A stretch of DNA of 64,000 bases from Octopus vulgaris (taxonomy: Eukaryota), in the NCBI GenBank assembly GCA_951406725.2, contig OX597814.1, forward strand, positions 221,526,001 through 221,590,000. The letters are read 5' to 3'. The translations under genes and the position numbers were made by a program. Under the pieces are notes generated by a model, which was not told where the DNA came from, did no database searches, and saw nothing but the letters and a program-made list of their open reading frames with translations. Shown one piece after another: positions 57,683-64,000 of this stretch; position 1 is the stretch's first letter, and each line of letters starts with the position of its first letter.

Positions 57683-59232
57683 CGACAAGAAGGAAACGCC
57701 ATTGCATCTAAATTCTCTTCACATCATACGATAGTCGTATAAAGGAAGGGCATCATGGGTAAGTAAGTCCGAAAGTAGAAACAAGATCACGGGTGGGATG
57801 CCACTGAGTAAAGATCTTCTCGATCAGCTATGTCCTAGCAACAACAACAACAACAACAAATAAATTGTCGTTTTTTTCTTCTGACGATAACATACCAGTA
57901 AGTTTCTTCTTTAGAAACACTAATTGTAAATTAGGTCACATTTTGGTATTCTTTTCGATTAAACGAAACGCCACTATTAGATAGGGGATGGCTGTGATGT
58001 TTATGCCATTCCCATGGGTTTTAAGCTTTAGTAGTCTAAATGAAACCACATTTCATTCTTGGATTGCTATAACATGCTCGTTAGAATTTAGAACAATAAC
58101 CATCGATATATTCATTAATTTTGCTCTTCTTTTATTTCATTTAATTAAATAATATTTTAAGAACGACAAAAATAAAATAAAATAAACATTGTTTTCTTTT
58201 GTGAATGTGTAAAACAGAATATTTGTTTTCATTTCTAGACAGTGTCTAGACCTAGAGAATATTTTATTTTATTAAGGACAAAGTAGAGAAAAATAAACAA
58301 TTATAAATGTAAACGACTTTGTTTTTAAACAGAGTGAAATTAAATGAATTCAGTTGCTGCAAATGTAATATTGAGTATTTGCGAGTAAACAACGGAGCCG
58401 TGTTTGAGAAACTCTGCAAATGAAGTACAAAAGCAATATTATTCGGCGACTAACTATATTAGCCAGAATTGCCTGTAAGGAATTAAGTATATTGAAAATA
58501 ATGAAGATGTATTAAAAGAAACAAAGTAATTTATTAATTATAATTATTCTCAATGAAAATTAAAATTATAATGGCAGCTATTAATTGCAGCTCTTAAAAA
58601 TTTACATGGCTGTTGTTATTGCAGATATTAATGATAGCGAGGCGTGAATGTTTTGCGACAGTGGTAAAACAGTGGAACGCGAGGAAAGTAGTGACGTCAT
58701 GTGTCAACAAAGAGCAACAGAAAGAGTTAAAACATTGGGCTAAAAGTTTTTTGTTGGAAGTAGAGAAGTATTGATGCGCCCAGCTTAATTCTTCGTCGAA
58801 GTGTAAAGGAATATAAATCAATGCTGAAGGATAAATAAGGCTTTGCATGTGTGTATGTGTGTGTGTGTTTAAGAGAGGGAAGGAGAGAGAGAGAGAGAGA
58901 GAGATAGAGAGAGGAGGACGGGGCCAGAGGGGGGCAGAGAGCAAGAGAGGCAAATAGAGAGACGAGAAAGATGAAATGCTAGTTAAAGCAAGAGGGAGAG
59001 ATAATAAGTGTTGAGTGATGATGATTCGTTCAGCAGAAAGAGAAATATTGACGTCAGCACAAGGAATAAAACAGTGAAAAGATGAGAGTCAATCAACAGA
59101 GGAAAAGAATCGACGCACAAATACACTCCTTCATGTGTCGTGTACGCGTGTTTGTTAGTTTATTTGTGCTTCTCTCTCCTTCTCTCTCTCTTTCTCTCTC
59201 TCCCCCTCTCTCTCTCCCTCTGTATACATATA

Positions 59233-59400
59233 AGCGAGGGCGTTATTGTGTGGTAACAACTCTCTTCCTAACTGCATAGTTCCTGGTTCAGTCCCACACC
59301 GTGACATCTTGGGCAAGTATCTTCTAGTACAGTGTTGAGCCGAACAAAGCCTTGTGAGTGGCTTTGATAGTTGGAAACTGAAAGAAACTCGTCGTATATA
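59233..59400 (+). mobile_element. CORE-type SINE 5' half
   Basis: TGTGTGGTAA, GGTTCAGTCCC, CTTGGGCAAG, AAAGCCTTGTGAGTGG. Confidence 0.7.
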
Positions 59401-59588
59401 CAAGCTGCCGTGGAACAAGCTGCCAAACGAGATGGTGAAGATGCCGACGACCGCTTTGTTCAAAGCCTCCCTTGACCTCAAGTGGCCTGAACTCTTTACA
59501 TGAACACCACCCTGTACTTAACTCCATGTCCCCCTACATGGCCTTGCTATTTGCTTTTCAGCCAAATCAGCCAAATTAACTAACTAAC

Positions 59589-59624
<36 letters not shown>

Positions 59625-59625
59625 A

Positions 59626-60016
59626 TTTACTCTTTTACTTGTTTCAGTCATTTGACTGCGGCCATGCTGGAGCACCTCCTTTAGTCGAGCAAATCAACCC
59701 CAGGACTTATTCTTTGTAAGCCTAGTACTTATTCTATCGGTCTTTTAGCCGAACCGCTAAGTTACAGGGACGTAAACACACCAGTATCGGTTGTCAAGCG
59801 ATGTTGGGGGGACAAACACAGACACAAACACACACACACATATATATATGTATATACATATATACGACGGGCTTCTTTCAGTTTCCGTCTACCAAATCCA
59901 CTCACAAGGCTTTGGTCAGCCCGAGGTTATAGTAGAAGCCACTTGCCCAATGTGCCACGCAGCAGGACTGAACCCGGAACCATGTGGTTCGTAAGCAAGC
60001 TACTTACCACACAGCT
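59626..60016 (-). mobile_element. tRNA-derived CORE-type SINE, full length
   Basis: Minus-strand A/B boxes (GTGTGGTAAG; GGTTCAGTCC), TTGGGCAAGTG core, central (TG/TA)n, (AGTAAAAG)n tail; closely similar to 60803-61232. Confidence 0.85.
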
Positions 60017-60064
60017 CTTTTATTTCATTCAGTCATCTGAATGTGGTCTGCCTTAAAAGGGTTT

Positions 60065-60193
60065 TTCGCCTGGTACTTGTTCTGTCGGTGGCTTTTGCTG
60101 AACTGCTAAGTTACGGGGATGTAAATACACCGACATCATCGGTGGTGGTGGTGGTGGGGAACACAGACAAACACGCATGCTCGCACACACACA

Positions 60194-60239
<46 letters not shown>

Positions 60240-60388
60240 ATGGGCTTCTTTCAGTTTCCGTCTACCAAATCCACTCACAAGGCATTGGTCGGCCCGAAGC
60301 TATAGTAGAAGATGCCTCGCAGTGAGACTGAACTCAGAACCATGTGGTTAGGAAGCAAGCTTCTCACCAAATAGCGACGCCTGCGCAT
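60065..60388 (-). mobile_element. CORE-type SINE, diverged copy
   Basis: Colinear with 59720-60016. Confidence 0.75.
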
Positions 60389-60409
60389 AATAAAGGAATA
60401 AATTTAAAA

Positions 60410-60684
60410 GCCAAATGAAATTCAAGGCCAAATATAATTTCGAATTAAATTAAATCAAAATAAATTAATTATAGATTCTCTTTTACCGAACTGGTAGCTT
60501 ATTGGACGTATACACATCAACACCAAATGTGAAGCGGTGTGGCGAAAAAAAAAAACTCGCTTCACAACTAGTGTTGGTGTGTTTACATCCTGTAAACTAG
60601 CAGTTCGGCAAAAGAAAATATATAATTAATTTATTTTGATTTAATTTAATTCGAAATTATATTTGGCCTTCAATTTCATTTGGC
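60410..60684. repeat. Inverted repeat (foldback) with 64-bp near-perfect outer arms
   Basis: 60410-60473 is the reverse complement of 60621-60684 with one mismatch; the inner arms are two inverted SINE tail fragments. Confidence 0.9.
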
Positions 60685-60802
60685 ATTTAAGATAATTCTT
60701 TTATTTTATCTTTATTTTTAATTACAAGCTTTTGTCTGTCTCTTTCTAATCTCCATTCCTAATAAAGCTTTCTCTACTTTGCTATCATAATATAGTTACT
60801 GT

Positions 60803-60997
60803 TTTACTCTTTTACTTGTTTCAGTCATTTGACTGTGGCCATGCTGGAGCACCGCCTTTAGTCGAGCAAATCGACCCCAGGACTTATTCTTTGTAAACCT
60901 AGTACTTATTCTATCGATCTCTTTTGACGAACCGCTAAGTTAACATACCAGCATCGGTTGTCAAGTGATGTTGGGGGACAAACACAGACACACAAAC

Positions 60998-61064
<67 letters not shown>

Positions 61065-61232
61065 TACGATGGGCTTCTTTCAGTTTCCATCTACCAAATA
61101 CACTCACAAGGCTTTGGTCGGCCCGAGGCTACAGTAGAAGACACTTGCCCAAGGTGCCACGCAATGAGATTGTACCCAGAACCATGTGGTTCGTAAGCAA
61201 GCAACTTACCACACAGCCACTCCTACGGCTGC
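60803..61232 (-). mobile_element. tRNA-derived CORE-type SINE, full length
   Basis: Same family as 59626-60016. Confidence 0.85.
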
Positions 61233-61844
61233 TAATTTTTTTCATTTTTTAAAAAAATACAATTCATTCCCAATGTGATATAGTGCGAATGACCAAATAT
61301 TAAAGATCGAAGCTGACCACGGCTGTCAGTGACCTAAACCAAATTTCAATACTATCTGGATAGAATTTGACCTGAAAACAATGCAATTTTTTTTTTTTTG
61401 GTATTTGTGATGACCCAATTAAAAATACAAAGGCTTTTATGATTGTCCCTTCCTTAATTCCAGCCAGTTTCAATCCCTTCTTCCATCGATTGCTTCCCAT
61501 CCTCTTTTCTGTCTATTCCTTTCTCTTTTCCTTTCTTTCCTTCTCTTCCCTTTATCCTTCTTTTCTAAATCATCACTTCTCTTTCCCTCTTTCCCTCTTC
61601 ATCCCTCATCCATTTACATTATGCTTAGACTTATTGCATCGCTCCACACTCACCACTTGACCGTACAATTATTTCAGTGTTCTGATTGGTTAAAACCAGA
61701 AATTACTCTGACGAAAATAGCATTAGTACAATAGGTCGCTCTATTTTTCTCAACTAGACCGATTGAGTAAACTTATCAATAAAGAAACTATAGCTACTAC
61801 AGAAGACAGCTATAAGTCAAATTTACTATAATAAACAAGCAAAT

Positions 61845-61845
<1 letters not shown>

Positions 61846-61934
<89 letters not shown>
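61846..61934. repeat. (CA)n microsatellite
   Basis: Direct tandem repeat. Confidence 0.97.
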
Positions 61935-61936
<2 letters not shown>

Positions 61937-64000
61937 AATCAAGATGTGAATTCTTTGGTGCACATGTGGTTAATGCAATTTTCTTTAATGACGGCGTGTG
62001 ACGCGACGAAGAGCCTAGAATAATTATCTAGAATAATTCTTTCTGCTCACATGGGAAGTCGAGCCTTTATATAAGGTGACGCTACACACAAAAATGTGAT
62101 TGAAGGAATAGCATATCTAATTTAATTTTCTTTCCGCGTGTTTAGAAATTGCTGGAGTCTGTTGACGATCATGGTGGTAATATCGGTAACAGTTACGTAC
62201 GTCGTTTATGGTTTTACTCATACGTAGACAAATAGAAAATTTACACTTAATACATTGTGAGCGGTCAGAGAAGGGGGACAATCTAAGTGGTTGTTAATAT
62301 GAAAATGCGCTTTGGGAGCCAGTTAAAAGCGTGTTGTGAGTAATGAACCGACAGGTGAAGCATACAGAACGGGAATATTTAAAGGTGTGTGAATAGGTAT
62401 AGAGGACGAATGAAGATTTTATGAAATGTCACCACTCTGTTCTTTTCGTACAGCAAGCGAAGACGATGTCACCTTTATCCTTTCTTCCTTTCTAGTCAGC
62501 ACCGTGCATTCCTTACTCTTTCCTCCCTTCTACACTATCGACTAGCAAGAGCGATCGAACTTGTCACTGCCACTACAATTACCGTATTTCCCGGTGTATA
62601 TGCCGCTATTTGTTTTGCTTTACCTTCATGTTTTGATAATATTACTTTTTATCTAATAAAGATTTTTATATTGACGAAATGTGTTTGTTGTTGATTATAA
62701 TAAGATAAAATCATGACAATAACAAAACATCTCATAGTTGTAAAATAAGACATTTTAAAAATACATATATGTCAACAACAAATTCTTGGTGTTGATTCTT
62801 CGAACAGATTGATGAAATTTAGTAGAGATGACCTGGAAGTAGTTCCTCTTCGATTACTATCACAAACAGCATTAACTTTCTTCAACTGAATACACGTCGT
62901 TGTTTGGTTGAAATTACCCAAATGCGACAACTTTGACACGAAATAACTTCTAAAATACGAAATTTTGTGAAAAACGTTCAGAGTAAACCGTGTTCTACGT
63001 CAGAAATTAAACCAGTATTCGAAGTCTCAAACTGTTTAGTTAAAAGTAATAATTTTAAAAGTCTGTGATTGGGATGGAATAGATCCTAGCTTTTCTCTTG
63101 TATTATTAATGCATCGAGCTGGCTGAGTCGTTGCCACGCAGGACAAAATGTTTAGTAGTATTCCTTCAGGCTATATATTCTATACGAGAAGAAATAGTAG
63201 CATTAAATACATCTTATTTGGAAAGAAAGTCTAAGTCTATAAGTCATAGCAGTGGGAGTCGAGGAAATTGCGAGACAAAGATAGCACTTTTATCGAGTAG
63301 AACGGGAAAAAGGTAAATCGAAGTAAAGTATGTGTCATTTAGTTTACTGGGAACAGGAACTCTGTGAAAAGTAAAGAATTTGTGCGGGCCAAGAATAGTG
63401 ATAAAGGCAGTGATGTGGGTAACAGATACATCAACGCCATAACGACTGTACAATTCCAGGTTCTTCTCGGTGAGCTGTGAAAATACTCTAATGTCAATAT
63501 TGCTAACAAAGAATTTGGAAAGAAACTAGAGTCCATCTAAAAAACGATTTTGCGGGTAAAAGAGAGATTAAGCTAAACGACGAGTGGTGGTATAAAGTTC
63601 AAATGAGATGCAGAAATCAAATCCTATTGAAGTTGACTTGCATGATTTATTGTATACATAGTTGCAATTTACTGAAGCCGGGGATGGTGTTGGTAGACAC
63701 TAATTTTATCTTACTAACATCAAATATCACCGACATTAGCTGAACATTTCTCGTGACCTAGTTTGTTAGTTGACAAAATAAATTAGGCTTTTACTAAAAG
63801 AACATAATTATGAGTTATTGACCAGAAAGCACTTTCTAAATAATGCAATCCTACTGATAAGAGACTGGGTATGTTTCGTAGTTTATGTATAAAGACTCAG
63901 GGGTATCTGAACGCTTTCATTGGATTCAGTATGTTCCTTGTACGTTAGAAAGACGAGAAAGCGTTTCAGATTATGGATAGATGGGTCGATTGGGAATCAG

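Noticed and set aside
62580-63000. Tc2/pogo-like TIR (TACCGTATTTCCCGG) with a transposase remnant
   Set aside because: No matching second TIR found and the peptide similarity is marginal.

Overview
Eukaryotic, AT-rich, microsatellite-dense DNA made almost entirely of repeats. The tRNA-derived SINE families and microsatellite load resemble octopus (coleoid cephalopod) DNA; that organism call is an inference. No host protein-coding gene is supportable, and nearly all ORFs in the track are microsatellite translations or retroelement fragments. The main signal is a cluster of about 20 pieces of R4/Dong-clade non-LTR retrotransposons (RT + CCHC finger + PD-(D/E)xK restriction-like endonuclease) from about six lineages (my labels A-F). 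Most sit in (AAT)n tracts with the same polarity. They include a near-full-length decayed copy (14851-18939) and a young 5'-truncated copy with an unbroken ~740-codon ORF (40507-42969). A discrete non-coding ~555-bp element (5 copies) uses the same (AAT)n sites and may be a non-autonomous partner. Also present: Penelope-like fossils (one with a degenerate hammerhead ribozyme), HERO, Tx1/L1 and RTE fragments, a hAT transposase pseudogene, a Helitron-derived insert, many SINEs (some with clear TSDs) and a 64-bp-arm foldback. All family assignments come from motif recognition by eye, not database searches.
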